A stretch of 64,000 bases of DNA, taken from positions 3,776,001 to 3,840,000 of the forward strand of contig OY761556.1 of assembly GCA_963664705.1 (NCBI GenBank), read 5' to 3'. A model generated the notes under the pieces. That model had not been told where the DNA came from, ran no database searches, and saw only the letters and a list, made by a program, of their open reading frames with translations. This DNA is from Acidobacteriota bacterium (GTDB lineage Bacteria > Acidobacteriota > UBA6911). Below, piece after piece: positions 43,961 to 53,855 of this stretch. The translations under genes and the position numbers were made by a program. Every line of letters starts with the position of its first letter. Position 1 is the first letter of the stretch.

Positions 43961-46900
43961 TTATGCCACAAAAAGCGCAGCATCGATCTGATCAATAATG
44001 GCCTCATCCGTGTAATGCTTCAGAACAATTGCGCCGGTTGCGCATTTTGTGTTGCAAAGCCCATCCCCCTTGCAGAGGATAGGATTTACCTTTGCCTTCC
44101 GCCCCTTTTCCGATTGGTAAAACTCAATGGCACCATAGGTACACGCGGTGATGCAGGCGCCGCACGACACACACAGGTCCTCGTTAACATCACACACGGA
44201 TCCCGAAGCCGTGACAGTGTCATGCGAGAGCAATGTAACGGCTCGCCCTGCAGCTCCATAAGCCTGGCTGACCGCTTCGGTAATATGCTTCGGGTAATGT
44301 GCAGTCCCACACAAATACACGCCCTCGGCCCCAAAATCGACGGGGCGCAACTTGACATGCGCTTCCTGGAAAAACCCGTCAGGATTCAAAGTAACCTTGA
44401 ACAGCGCAGCAATTTCCTTATTCCCTGAAGAGGGAATGACCGCCGCGGCCAATACGAGCGCATCGGCGTCGATCCCAAGCTCTGTTCCTAAAATGGGATC
44501 CGGCACCGTCACCCGCAGTACGCTTCGGCCATTCTCCTCAACAGCGTCCACTTGAGGCTTTGCATCTGCCTCGTAGCGGATAAATCGCACATTCCGGTTG
44601 GATGCTTCGCGGTAATAGTCCTCGCGAAAGCCATACGCGCGAATATCCCGAAAAAGGACATAGACATCCGCGGCCGGGTTGATTTCTTTGAGTTTTAAAG
44701 CGTTTTTAATGGCATGGCTGCAGCAGATGCGCGCGCAATAATTGCGATCCTCCTGCCTGCAGCCCACACACTGAATCATTGCTATCGTTTGAGCGCCGGA
44801 AATGCGTTCATCATTTCGCGCTATTCTCTCTTCCAGTTCAAGCTGCGTTAGCACTCTGTCGTTCTGTCCATACAGGTACTCAGTCGGCTTGTATTCATCC
44901 GATCCGGTGGCAAGCACCGTGACGCCGTGCTTAATGCGCAAAATTGTGCCTCTGGACTTGAGAGTGGTAACAAAATTTCCGACATAGCCTGCATTCTCAG
45001 TAATTGTTGTGCCGGTATAGACGTGAACGAGAGGATGTCGATATACCTGACTGACAATTCCCGTGAGATAGGCCTGAACATCCAAGCCTTCCAGTGTGTA
45101 GTGAATTCTCCGGGCAACGCCGCCAAGGTCTTCCTCTCTTTCCACGAGGTACACTTCATATCCCTGGTTGGCGATACTCAACGCGCTGCTCATCCCCGCG
45201 AGCCCTCCGCCCACCACCAGGGCTTTCTTATTCACAGGAAGATCAAACTCCTGCAATGGTTCCAGGTGAGTAGCGCGGGCAACGGCCATTCGGATAATGT
45301 CCTTGGCCTTTCGCGTCGCATCTTCCTTTTCCTTGGAATGAACCCACGAACAGTGCTCCCGGATATTCGCCATGTCGTAGAAGTACTGATTGATTCCTGC
45401 TTCACGGAGCGTATCGCGGAAAAGCGGTTCATGCGTACGCGGAGTGCAGGCTGCGACCACGACGCGGTTAAGTCCTTTCTCGCGGATGGAGGTCGCAAGT
45501 CTTTGCGCGGCATCCGTCGAACAGATAAAGAGGCTCTCTTCTGCGTGAGCAACATTGGGCAGGCTCAATGCATATTCAACGGCAGAGGGAACATTGACGA
45601 CCCGTCCGATGTTGGCGCCACAGTGGCACACATAAACGCCGACTTTGGGTTCCTCCTTGGAGACATCCCGTTCCGGCGGATACACTCTCTGCTCCGCAAG
45701 CTTGCCCCTGCGGTACCCAAGGAGTTCCCCGCATTGTGATCCCGCGCCGCAGGCAGTCACAACCGATTCAGGAATATCGATAGGCCCTTGAAAGGCGCCG
45801 CTGATGAAGATGCCAGGGCGCGAGGTCTTCATCGGATTCACAGGATCTGTCTGGCAGAACCCATGGCTGTTCAAATCAATGCCAAACTTGGCAGCCAAAC
45901 CCTGGAAATCTTTGGGAGGATTCAATCCGACCGAAAGCACAACCATGTCGAACTCTTCCTCTTTTACTCCCTCATCCGGCGTGGAATAGCGGATTGTTAC
46001 GTTTTTGCTTCCGGGAATTTCCTTTCCAATGGACGTATAGCTCCGGATAAACCGGATACCGGGCAGCTTTTCGGCTCTCTGGTAGAAGCGCTCGAAATCC
46101 TTTCCATAGGATCGAATATCGTTGTGAAAAATGGTGCACTCTGCCTCCGCGTCGTGGTCCTTTGTGAGGATCACCTGCTTCTGAGTATAGGTGCAGCAGA
46201 CCGCGGAGCAGTAACTGCGCCCGCCGGGAATCACCTGGCGGGATCCGACGCAATGAACCCATGCAATTTTGTGCGGATGTTTTTTATCCGTCACGCGCCG
46301 GATTTCTCCCTCATAGGGACCGGTGGCACAGAGCAGCCGTTCATAGTCCAGGCTGGTTACTACGTTTTCATACTTGCCGTAACCGTAATCTTCGCGCAGC
46401 TTCGGGTCGAACGGCTCAAAACCAGGGGAGAGGATGATGGCGCCAACCTTGACCTCCATCTTTTCTGTGGTCTGATGGAAATCGATCGCGTTGTTTTTAC
46501 AGACGCTCGTGCAGATTGTGCATTTCTGCTCTTTAAGATATAGACAACTGTCATCTATATACGTAACCAGCGGGATAGCCTGCGAAAAATATATGTGGAT
46601 GGCCTTATTGGAGGAAATGTCCTGGTTGAAGGGATCAGGGTATTTGACCGGGCAATACTCGACACACACCGTGCAGCCGGTGCAGCGCTCTTCAACAACA
46701 TACCGAGGCCTCTTGGCCAGGGTAACCCTGAAATCACCGGCTTTGCCTTCGACGCTGTCCACTTCCGTGTAGGTCAGGATCTCAATATTCGGATGACGGC
46801 TGCACTCCACGAATTTAGGAGATTCGATACACATCGAGCAGTCATTGGTAGGAAATGTCTTGTCAAGTTGAGACATATGCCCGCCAATGGTGGGAGACTT

Positions 46901-47029
46901 CTCAACCAGGTAAACCTTGAAGCCGGCTGTGGCAAGGTCAAGGGCAGCCTGAATCCCGCTGATTCCGCCGCCCACTACCATGACATCTCCGTAATTACCG
47001 TTTGGGCTCAACCTCACTTCATTTGCCAC
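43961..47029 (-). CDS. bamE: Class II benzoyl-CoA reductase subunit E (HdrA-like, duplicated FAD modules)
   Basis: GGGISG, LDKTFPTNDCSMC, YCSAVCC, CHCGANI, ANIREHCSWVH, second GGGLAG and EAHVKLRP. Confidence 0.88.
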   Translation of the reverse strand: MANEVRLSPNGNYGDVMVVGGGISGIQAALDLATAGFKVYLVEKSPTIGGHMSQLDKTFPTNDCSMCIESPKFVECSRHPNIEILTYTEVDSVEGKAGDFRVTLAKRPRYVVEERCTGCTVCVEYCPVKYPDPFNQDISSNKAIHIYFSQAIPLVTYIDDSCLYLKEQKCTICTSVCKNNAIDFHQTTEKMEVKVGAIILSPGFEPFDPKLREDYGYGKYENVVTSLDYERLLCATGPYEGEIRRVTDKKHPHKIAWVHCVGSRQVIPGGRSYCSAVCCTYTQKQVILTKDHDAEAECTIFHNDIRSYGKDFERFYQRAEKLPGIRFIRSYTSIGKEIPGSKNVTIRYSTPDEGVKEEEFDMVVLSVGLNPPKDFQGLAAKFGIDLNSHGFCQTDPVNPMKTSRPGIFISGAFQGPIDIPESVVTACGAGSQCGELLGYRRGKLAEQRVYPPERDVSKEEPKVGVYVCHCGANIGRVVNVPSAVEYALSLPNVAHAEESLFICSTDAAQRLATSIREKGLNRVVVAACTPRTHEPLFRDTLREAGINQYFYDMANIREHCSWVHSKEKEDATRKAKDIIRMAVARATHLEPLQEFDLPVNKKALVVGGGLAGMSSALSIANQGYEVYLVEREEDLGGVARRIHYTLEGLDVQAYLTGIVSQVYRHPLVHVYTGTTITENAGYVGNFVTTLKSRGTILRIKHGVTVLATGSDEYKPTEYLYGQNDRVLTQLELEERIARNDERISGAQTIAMIQCVGCRQEDRNYCARICCSHAIKNALKLKEINPAADVYVLFRDIRAYGFREDYYREASNRNVRFIRYEADAKPQVDAVEENGRSVLRVTVPDPILGTELGIDADALVLAAAVIPSSGNKEIAALFKVTLNPDGFFQEAHVKLRPVDFGAEGVYLCGTAHYPKHITEAVSQAYGAAGRAVTLLSHDTVTASGSVCDVNEDLCVSCGACITACTYGAIEFYQSEKGRKAKVNPILCKGDGLCNTKCATGAIVLKHYTDEAIIDQIDAALFVA

Positions 47030-47078
47030 GTTGCTTTGTCTCCAATGCCTTTTCGCCCCAGCTGGCTCTCCGGCCCCG

Positions 47079-48230
47079 CTAGATGAGTGGCTCGATAATC
47101 TCGGTGATTTCCTTCACCTCAATCGCATCGCTGTCATCACGATTCATTCGGCTGTCTTCAAAATTCGTAATGCAGTAAGGACAGGCTGTAACCAGAGTCC
47201 GGGCTCCAGTCTCAACAGCCTGTGCCAACCGGAGATCGGAAAACCGCTCTCCTTTCGGCGTTTCCATCCAGATTCGTCCTCCGCCGCCCCCGCAGCACAT
47301 GCTGTCCACTCTGGCATCCGGCATTTCGCGCACTTGAAGCCCGGGAATCCTTTTCAGAATTTCCCTCGGCTGTTCGTAAATGCCATTGTGCCGTCCGAGA
47401 TAGCATGGATCATGGTAGGTAGCCGATGCCTCCAGGCTTCCATTCAACTGAAGCCTTCCGGAATCCATCAGTTCCAATAAAAACTGACTGATATGCACAA
47501 CCTCAAAGTGAACCTTGAATTCCGCATACTCATTCTTGAAGGCCTGATAGCAATGGGGGGATGAGACCAATATCTTCTTCACGCCGGCATCGATGAAGGT
47601 TTTGATGTTCTCCTTGGCCAGTTTACGGAACAAATTTTCGTCGCCGGCCTTGCGGATGCTTTCACCGCAACAGCTTTCCTGCTCGCCGAGGATACCGAAT
47701 TTCACGCCCGCCTTATTGAGGATACTGACTGTGGATTTGGCCGCTCTTTTTAGCCTCGCATCGTAACTGAGATAGCAGCAGGGGAAATACAGGAGTTCCA
47801 TGCCCTCTTCAAAAAGGCTTACATTCAGGCCCCAGGCCCAGTTTGCACGTTTGGCTCTTTCCTCGCTGAGTGGATTCCCGACGCCGCTCAGGCTTGCGCT
47901 GACACCGCGGATGGGACGAACGGAATTCGGAAAAACTCCAAATTCAGTGGCAACACGTCGGGATGCAACTCCGACTTCAATGATTCCAACACCTCGCGGG
48001 CACCGCTGGGGACACCGGCCACAGGTTGTACAGCGCCAGATTTCCTCGGTTTCAATTTCCGTCAGTCCGAATGTTGCCTGACGGATAAGACGGCGCATGC
48101 TGAAAGAGCGAACGCGGTTCCACGGGCAAACGGTGTCGCACAGTCCGCACTGATAGCAGTATTTGAAGGCTTCGCCGCCCTGGGCGCGTATGCTATCGAC
48201 GATTTCCTTGTAGTCGGCTACATTTTCCAC
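47079..48230 (-). CDS. bamD: Class II benzoyl-CoA reductase subunit D (HdrC/HdrD-like, CCG domains)
   Basis: CYQCGLC..VCP, CTTCGRC..RCP, ESCCG, YHDPCYLGR, CCGGGGG and TACPYC. Confidence 0.85.
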   Translation of the reverse strand: MENVADYKEIVDSIRAQGGEAFKYCYQCGLCDTVCPWNRVRSFSMRRLIRQATFGLTEIETEEIWRCTTCGRCPQRCPRGVGIIEVGVASRRVATEFGVFPNSVRPIRGVSASLSGVGNPLSEERAKRANWAWGLNVSLFEEGMELLYFPCCYLSYDARLKRAAKSTVSILNKAGVKFGILGEQESCCGESIRKAGDENLFRKLAKENIKTFIDAGVKKILVSSPHCYQAFKNEYAEFKVHFEVVHISQFLLELMDSGRLQLNGSLEASATYHDPCYLGRHNGIYEQPREILKRIPGLQVREMPDARVDSMCCGGGGGRIWMETPKGERFSDLRLAQAVETGARTLVTACPYCITNFEDSRMNRDDSDAIEVKEITEIIEPLI

Positions 48231-48281
48231 TTTGCATTCCTATTTTGCGCGAGCCCCACCGAGACGGCGGAGTTCCCTGCT

Positions 48282-48821
48282 TTAGCCCTTCTTCGACATT
48301 CGAGCGATGGCGTCCATCACCTGCTGCAATCCGTACTTCCTGGCCAGGGCCTCAAGGCCGATTTCCATTTCCTGTGGCTTTTCCGTTTCCTCGACTTCCT
48401 CTTCCCGCTCCTCGTAAATCAGTGCCTTGTTGAGACACCACTGCACGCACATCGGTTCTGCAAGCGGCGGATCCGATTCGCACATATCGCACTTCAGCGG
48501 CAAGCCAGAATCCGGCTCTCGAAAGATATCCCTGGAGGAGCAGGAAGCGCGGCAGAAGCCGCATTCGTCATACTCCTTTCCGTCAATGATGTAGACATCT
48601 CTGCCCATACATTCGGCGGGCGCATGTTCTCCGGCATACACAGGGATGAACACATCGCGCAGAGGATCCCGCATCATCCGGATTCGCGACCGCGCAGGGT
48701 TGTTGCTGCTGTATTTCGGCGTCGCGTGGAAAGCGGAGCAGATCACTTCGCAGGCCCTGCAGCCATTGCATTTGTCCGCGTCAATCCGGATCATTTTGAT
48801 TTTTTTCCTGACTTTACCCAT
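48282..48821 (-). CDS. bamC: Class II benzoyl-CoA reductase subunit C (4Fe-4S)
   Basis: KCNGCRACEVICSAFH...NPARSRI, YDECGFCRASC and REPDSGLPLKCDMC; overlaps the bamB stop. Confidence 0.88.
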   Translation of the reverse strand: MGKVRKKIKMIRIDADKCNGCRACEVICSAFHATPKYSSNNPARSRIRMMRDPLRDVFIPVYAGEHAPAECMGRDVYIIDGKEYDECGFCRASCSSRDIFREPDSGLPLKCDMCESDPPLAEPMCVQWCLNKALIYEEREEEVEETEKPQEMEIGLEALARKYGLQQVMDAIARMSKKG

Positions 48822-50775
48822 TTTGAATAATCCCTCTCTGCTGCAGGTCGTCGGCAATGTACGTCATATCCAGTTCTTTCAGTGACTCCCGGGTGGGAAT
48901 GCCCTGTTCGTCCCAGCCCTTAAAACTGTAATAGGAATCGAGCAGCTGTTTCTCCAGTTCGGGAAAACGCTTTTTCCAGTGGTCTTCGGGCGGGACTTCG
49001 TCGGATCTTCTCATCCCTTTGCGGATGTTTACGGCTCTGAGCAGCGTGCGATTTCTCTTTGTAATCTTCATCAGCCCGGCTTCATCGATATCCATTCCGG
49101 TGGCTGCGGAAATGAAGGATGGGTAGTTGTGAATATGGTACGGCGGCTTCAGTGGGAATGAAGACAGGCCCGCACACATGCCCATGGCATCATCGACGTA
49201 GTGCATCATCTCCTGCCAGTCGACGATATCGCAGCTCGCTGCAACATCCGGGTAATTGGGGTTGGAGTACTCGCCGCGCATCTCCCACTTGAGGACATAT
49301 TCCTTGAATCGGTTGTCCGGAACCTGAACCCAGTCCTTTACAAAATCTTCCCTCTCCTGGATGGTCGGAAAGGGTGCCTGCGGGAACTGTCCTTCGATCT
49401 GGGTAATGTTGATCTTCTCCCCTGTGGAATACATCAGGAAGTAAACGGGATTCAGCATCCCGAGTTTAAGCGGAAGCTGCTCCTGCTTCTTGATGTTGTT
49501 ATGAGCGAATTCCTCGGCACCACTGCCGATCTGTTTGGCCGCCCAGTAAGTTCCATTGGCAAGGACATCTCCGATTCCTTCGCGCCGGACGATCCGGTCC
49601 AGCAGCCAATAGAATCGGCCTTCGTTGTCAGAAGGCATCCCCTCGAACTGCTCAGGTTTCAGGATGCCGGCTTCGAGCAGCTCGAGCCCAAAAGCCATTA
49701 CTTGCGGCGCGGAAAAGCCGTCAACGCCGTACTCCGTAGCCCGTTGGGCAATTTTGAAACCAAAGTCGAGGTCTGCATACGCTGCCATCGTGTAGGTGAG
49801 TTTTGTGAAGCATTTCATCATGTACGTGGAGATGCCCGGCACCGCGATCGTCGCGCCGCATTTCATCGGACAGTTGTAGCAGCTGATCAATCGCTTTCGG
49901 ACTGCAGTTTGTGTTTCTTCCCACTTCTTTTCGACTTCCTTCGTCCAGAAGTCCTTGCGGCGCGTGCGGGAATTCCCCCACATGAAGTTTGTGGTGTGCC
50001 ACTCTTCATCAATGAGCTTCATTTCCTGCGGCGAACCAAGACCGGCAAGAATCGGCATGACACCCGGGATCGGCTTATCTTCACGATCCCTGATGTATTG
50101 GAGAACCTGCTGGCAAAGCCCATGGAATTCCGCTGGCTTGGCAAGGTTGACATCTTTGGTGCCGCGAACCGCAATCGCCTTGATGCCCTTATCACCCATA
50201 ACGGCACCAATCCCGCCACGGCTTGCACTTGAGCGTCCCTGCTCGATCGAAGCAAAGTAGACCCTGTGTTCACCCGCCATCCCGATAGCCGCAACCTGGG
50301 CCCGAGGTTCCTTCAGTTCCCGGCGAATCTCCTCCGCCGTTTCATTGGCACCCTTGCCTCGCAGATGCGTTGCATCGCGTATTTCAACCTTATCATTATT
50401 GATCCAGATGTAGACGAGGTTGGGCGACTTGCCGCGAAAAATGACCTTGTCATAGCCCGCATATTTCAATTCGGGCGCCCAGAATCCGCCCATCATGGAG
50501 TAGGCGGTAAAAAGCGTCTGCGGTGAAAAAGTCGTAACGATCGTACGATTCGCACCGGGCGCCGGAGTGGCGCAGAGAAGACCCGTGCTGAAAATCAGAA
50601 GATTATCCGGAGAGAAAGCATCCGTATCAGGGGGGACCCGATCCCACAGAATCTTGGTGCTTGTTCCCAAGCCTCCGAGATGCATTTCGGTCAGTTTGGG
50701 ATCTGTTTCGACACGATCGATGCTCCCTCTGGATAGATCTATTTCCAGGTTAAACCCTGTCTCCCCATACCTCAT
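48814..50775 (-). CDS. bamB: Class II benzoyl-CoA reductase catalytic subunit (tungstopterin, AOR family)
   Basis: 653 aa; MRYGETGFNLEIDLSRG N-terminus, ASRGGIGAVMGDK, SCYNCPMKC, MMKCFTKLTY, GEKINITQIEG, CAGLSSFP and DHWKKRFPE; context with dch/had/oah. Confidence 0.92.
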   Translation of the reverse strand: MRYGETGFNLEIDLSRGSIDRVETDPKLTEMHLGGLGTSTKILWDRVPPDTDAFSPDNLLIFSTGLLCATPAPGANRTIVTTFSPQTLFTAYSMMGGFWAPELKYAGYDKVIFRGKSPNLVYIWINNDKVEIRDATHLRGKGANETAEEIRRELKEPRAQVAAIGMAGEHRVYFASIEQGRSSASRGGIGAVMGDKGIKAIAVRGTKDVNLAKPAEFHGLCQQVLQYIRDREDKPIPGVMPILAGLGSPQEMKLIDEEWHTTNFMWGNSRTRRKDFWTKEVEKKWEETQTAVRKRLISCYNCPMKCGATIAVPGISTYMMKCFTKLTYTMAAYADLDFGFKIAQRATEYGVDGFSAPQVMAFGLELLEAGILKPEQFEGMPSDNEGRFYWLLDRIVRREGIGDVLANGTYWAAKQIGSGAEEFAHNNIKKQEQLPLKLGMLNPVYFLMYSTGEKINITQIEGQFPQAPFPTIQEREDFVKDWVQVPDNRFKEYVLKWEMRGEYSNPNYPDVAASCDIVDWQEMMHYVDDAMGMCAGLSSFPLKPPYHIHNYPSFISAATGMDIDEAGLMKITKRNRTLLRAVNIRKGMRRSDEVPPEDHWKKRFPELEKQLLDSYYSFKGWDEQGIPTRESLKELDMTYIADDLQQRGIIQNG

Positions 50776-50816
50776 TCTGCAGCCCCCTGTTTGGACACGT
50801 ATCCCGCCGGAAAAGC

Positions 50817-50992
50817 CCGGAGCACAGCCACCCTCGCCGATGCCGCATATTGTCTGTCGGAAGCAAAGACCTTGGAGCGCGGTGGTTTGCCACCGCCTTC
50901 ACTCTTTTGTGGTCTTTTAAAGGCGGCGGCAAGCTGCCGCACTCCAAGGTCTTCGCCCTAGGCAAATAATAGGCGGGACGCCGGCACTCCGG
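50817..50992. repeat. Composite REP-like element (family C doublet 50866-50953 nested in family D-like arms)
   Basis: aagaccttggagcgcggtggtttgccaccgcctt ... aaggcggcggcaagctgccgcactccaaggtctt, flanked by ccggagcac... and ...gggacgccggcactccgg. Confidence 0.8.
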
Positions 50993-51038
50993 CTCCAAGG
51001 TCGCACAAAGCCCCTAAGCGTACCTGCGTTGGAGAAGG

Positions 51039-51683
51039 CTAGATTTCCTTCTCCAAGGGCAACATTTGAATCATGCTAAAGCCCAAAGACTTGAAATAGG
51101 AAATAAGATCGCCATCATGCCATTCCACCAGAGTCTGGATCTTCCGGACGTTCTTCTTCCGAAAATGGTCCACCAGCGTGGCCCCCAGCTTGCGGCCCAC
51201 GCCTTTCCCCTGGTATTCAGGATCAACGCCCAAAATCAGGATCCAGCCGGTCATTTCAGACCGGCCGAATTCCCAGCGCCGGACTTCCCCAATCACAAAA
51301 CCAACCAGTTTCTGGTCGATCTCCGCCCCCAGGATCATCAACGGATCACCGTGCTGCAGGTGGTAAACCGTTGTATCTTTCAGGGAGACAAGCTTCTCCT
51401 TGTCGGAATCCTGCTCCCCTACGATTTTTGCCTGAATGCGAAGGATGTCTTCGAGGTCGTCCATCCCAAGGAATCGGATGGTAATGGCTGCCGAAATATC
51501 GGTCCAAAGTTTAGTGCGGCCGACTTGATTGTAGTGGATCTTTCCCTCTGCGCGAAGTACTTCCAGGTATTTGGCTACAGTGTGGCGGGTTAGGTTCAGT
51601 CGCTCGGCGAGTTCTTCCATTTGAATGCCGGACTTGGCGGACTGGAGGATCTTCAGGATATTGTTCTGGATGTTTTCTTCCAT
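51039..51683 (-). CDS. Winged-HTH plus GNAT acetyltransferase-fold fusion protein
   Basis: N-terminal ELAERLNLTRHTVAKYLEVL HTH; C-terminal LGVDPEYQGKGVG acetyl-CoA-binding motif A. Confidence 0.85.
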   Translation of the reverse strand: MEENIQNNILKILQSAKSGIQMEELAERLNLTRHTVAKYLEVLRAEGKIHYNQVGRTKLWTDISAAITIRFLGMDDLEDILRIQAKIVGEQDSDKEKLVSLKDTTVYHLQHGDPLMILGAEIDQKLVGFVIGEVRRWEFGRSEMTGWILILGVDPEYQGKGVGRKLGATLVDHFRKKNVRKIQTLVEWHDGDLISYFKSLGFSMIQMLPLEKEI

Positions 51684-51701
51684 ACAACACTCGGCGCCAT
51701 G

Positions 51702-51753
51702 GGTTACCGATATTGGTTACCGATAGAGTAGTCAGCACGCCGAGGAGTGTCAA
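51702..51753 (-). promoter_or_regulatory. Sigma-70 promoter (TTGACA-17-TACTCT) with downstream 11-bp direct repeat
   Basis: -35 at 51748-51753 and -10 at 51725-51730; GGTTACCGATA at 51702-51712 and 51715-51725. Confidence 0.65.
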
Positions 51754-51809
51754 GGAGAATTCGTGGGATTCATAGTTAAAAGCTTCTAACCACGAATCCC
51801 ACAAAAGGC

Positions 51810-52604
51810 CTATTTATCCTCCCAGACAGCCTTGCGGCGCTCGATAAAAGCCATGATCCCTTCATTGCCATCATGGCTCGCCAGCACTTCAGTCACATAC
51901 TGGCGCTCGAGACTATCCAGCGTATCACCAAGTGCAACAAGGATGCCGGAGCCTGTGCGCGCAACCTTCGCAGCCTGGCGAATTGCAAAAGCAGACAGTG
52001 GACGCAGAGTATTGCGGTACCAGTCGAGCATCTCTTCATCGAGGCTCCCGCCTGAAAACAGAGCGGAGACAAATCCCACCCGCTCCGCCGTTGCGGCGTC
52101 GATTGTCGCTCCGGTCAGAATCATCCTTTCCGCCAGTGCGCCCCCCAGCCGATGGGCACCGATGGCGCCCAGAACCGGCGGAAAAACTCCAAGTTTGATT
52201 TCCGGGCATCCGAAATTTGCGCTGGGAGCGGCAAAAACAAGGTGACAGGCAAGAGCCAATTCAAATGCGCCGCCAAGACAGGCCCCTTCCACCAAAGCTA
52301 CAACAGGGACTGGATAGGACGCCACTTGACGAATCATCGCATGAAACCCGGCGAGCATGGCCGGAGCCTGATCCTTTTTATGTTCTTCCACTGAAGCCCC
52401 GAAAGAAAAATGACTCCCCGCCCCGCGAATAACCACCATGCGAAGGCGAGGGCTATTCGCATGAGCGGAAAGCGCTTCGGAGAGTGCCTTCATCATCTCC
52501 ATCGAAAGCACGTTGCCTTTTGGTTTATCGAGCACCAGGCGAAGCAGCGTATCCTCTTCAAGAAGGCTGATGTTTACAACGGGCGAAGCAGTTTCTGTGG
52601 GCAT
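51810..52604 (-). CDS. dch: Cyclohexa-1,5-diene-1-carbonyl-CoA hydratase
   Basis: Crotonase fold; PKGNVL, HFSFGASVEEH, GACLGGAFE and PEIKLGVFPP; start moved to 52604. Confidence 0.88.
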   Translation of the reverse strand: MPTETASPVVNISLLEEDTLLRLVLDKPKGNVLSMEMMKALSEALSAHANSPRLRMVVIRGAGSHFSFGASVEEHKKDQAPAMLAGFHAMIRQVASYPVPVVALVEGACLGGAFELALACHLVFAAPSANFGCPEIKLGVFPPVLGAIGAHRLGGALAERMILTGATIDAATAERVGFVSALFSGGSLDEEMLDWYRNTLRPLSAFAIRQAAKVARTGSGILVALGDTLDSLERQYVTEVLASHDGNEGIMAFIERRKAVWEDK

Positions 52605-52622
52605 AAAGACTCCTTGGCTACT

Positions 52623-52694
52623 ATTGGATTTCGGATTATGGATCGGGATTCCGGATTGAGGTCGAATTGGCTTTTTCAATCCGGAATCACAATC
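52623..52694. repeat. 7-bp-period inverted repeat (family B variant)
   Basis: attggatttcggattatggatcgggattccggattga ... tcaatccggaatcacaatc. Confidence 0.75.
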
Positions 52695-53743
52695 TACGCA
52701 CGCGGATCCATTACCATTCGCTTCTCCAATTTGTGGGCAGCCATGTCGGCAAGATAATCATTCACCTTGGACATGGGGCCATAAGCAATAAATGGATCCA
52801 GCTTCACCTTTCCCTCCTGAATCAAACGGAGTACTCCGGGATAAACTTCCGGAGGACATCCCCAGGTTCCATGCAGCGTTGCATCAAACGCCATCAGGTT
52901 GGACAGCCTCACATCAATTTTCGTGGGCGTGTATCCCACCTGCAGCATCGTCGCACCTCGTTCGAGGAGTCCATAAGCAGTTACCTGTCCGGGTGCGCTG
53001 CCGCTGCATTCGAAAATCTTGTACTGGAAGGTGGGCGCGCCTTTGGCAAATGCTCGCACCTGCTTGCGGAGTTCCTTCGGATCCAGGTTTGCAAGATTGA
53101 TAATCTGCTCTGCTCCATATTGGGCAATCAAAGCCAGCCGTTCGACAACGATATCGCAGGCAAGAACTCGCGCCCCGAGTGCGCTGGCAATCTGCACTAC
53201 AAAACCTCCGACGCCGCCAGCCCCGATAACAATTGCGACATCACCCGGGCTGAGACTGGCACGAAGGATCGCCTGGTATGCGGTGGACACGGCATCCGCC
53301 ACCACCGAAAGAGCGGCCGGGTTGTCCATCGAGCCGATCTTGATCAGCGGAGGGGCGGGCACAAGGAAGTGAGTTGAGAATCCACCGTCGATATCGTTCC
53401 CCGGCATTTTCTGATTCGGGCATGCGTTCCCTCGTCCCGCTTTGCAAAACGGGCACTCGCCGCAAGGAAGCACGGCCGGCACCAGAACAATGTTGCCAAC
53501 CAGCGGTTCAAAATATTTTCCGGCTTCAACAACGCGCCCAACGGCCTCATGTCCCAATACGATGGGAGTTCCTTTCTTCGTTGGCACGGATCCATCGGCG
53601 TAGCCCAAGTCTGTGTGACAAAGCCCGCAGGCGATCACTTCGACAATAGCTTCAGTCGGTCCGGGAGCCGGAATCGGCAAGGGACGGCGCACCAATGGGG
53701 ACTTCGGAGTCTCCAAAACATATGCTTCAGCGGTCACTGGCAT
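52694..53743 (-). CDS. had: 6-hydroxycyclohex-1-ene-1-carbonyl-CoA dehydrogenase
   Basis: Zn-ADH motifs CGLCHTD, GHE and PCGECPFC; QKMPGNDIDGGF, SVVADAV.T.YQA, RLSNLMAF and WGC; lies between oah and dch. Confidence 0.9.
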   Translation of the reverse strand: MPVTAEAYVLETPKSPLVRRPLPIPAPGPTEAIVEVIACGLCHTDLGYADGSVPTKKGTPIVLGHEAVGRVVEAGKYFEPLVGNIVLVPAVLPCGECPFCKAGRGNACPNQKMPGNDIDGGFSTHFLVPAPPLIKIGSMDNPAALSVVADAVSTAYQAILRASLSPGDVAIVIGAGGVGGFVVQIASALGARVLACDIVVERLALIAQYGAEQIINLANLDPKELRKQVRAFAKGAPTFQYKIFECSGSAPGQVTAYGLLERGATMLQVGYTPTKIDVRLSNLMAFDATLHGTWGCPPEVYPGVLRLIQEGKVKLDPFIAYGPMSKVNDYLADMAAHKLEKRMVMDPRA

Positions 53744-53769
53744 GTCTTTTCTCCATTTCCTGGAAGGTT

Positions 53770-53853
53770 CTTGGAGTGCGCAGGCTTGCTTGCGCCTTCA
53801 CAACAATCGTGAAGGCAAAGCCCAAAGGCGGCAGCAAGCCGCCGCACTCCAAG
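53770..53853. repeat. REP-like doublet (family C)
   Basis: cttggagtgcgcaggcttgcttgcgcctt ... aaggcggcagcaagccgccgcactccaag. Confidence 0.85.
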
Positions 53854-53855
53854 CA

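Noticed and set aside
43961-48230. Methanogen-type heterodisulfide reductase
   Set aside because: HdrA- and HdrD-like genes lie within the bam operon and are the expected BamE/BamD modules.
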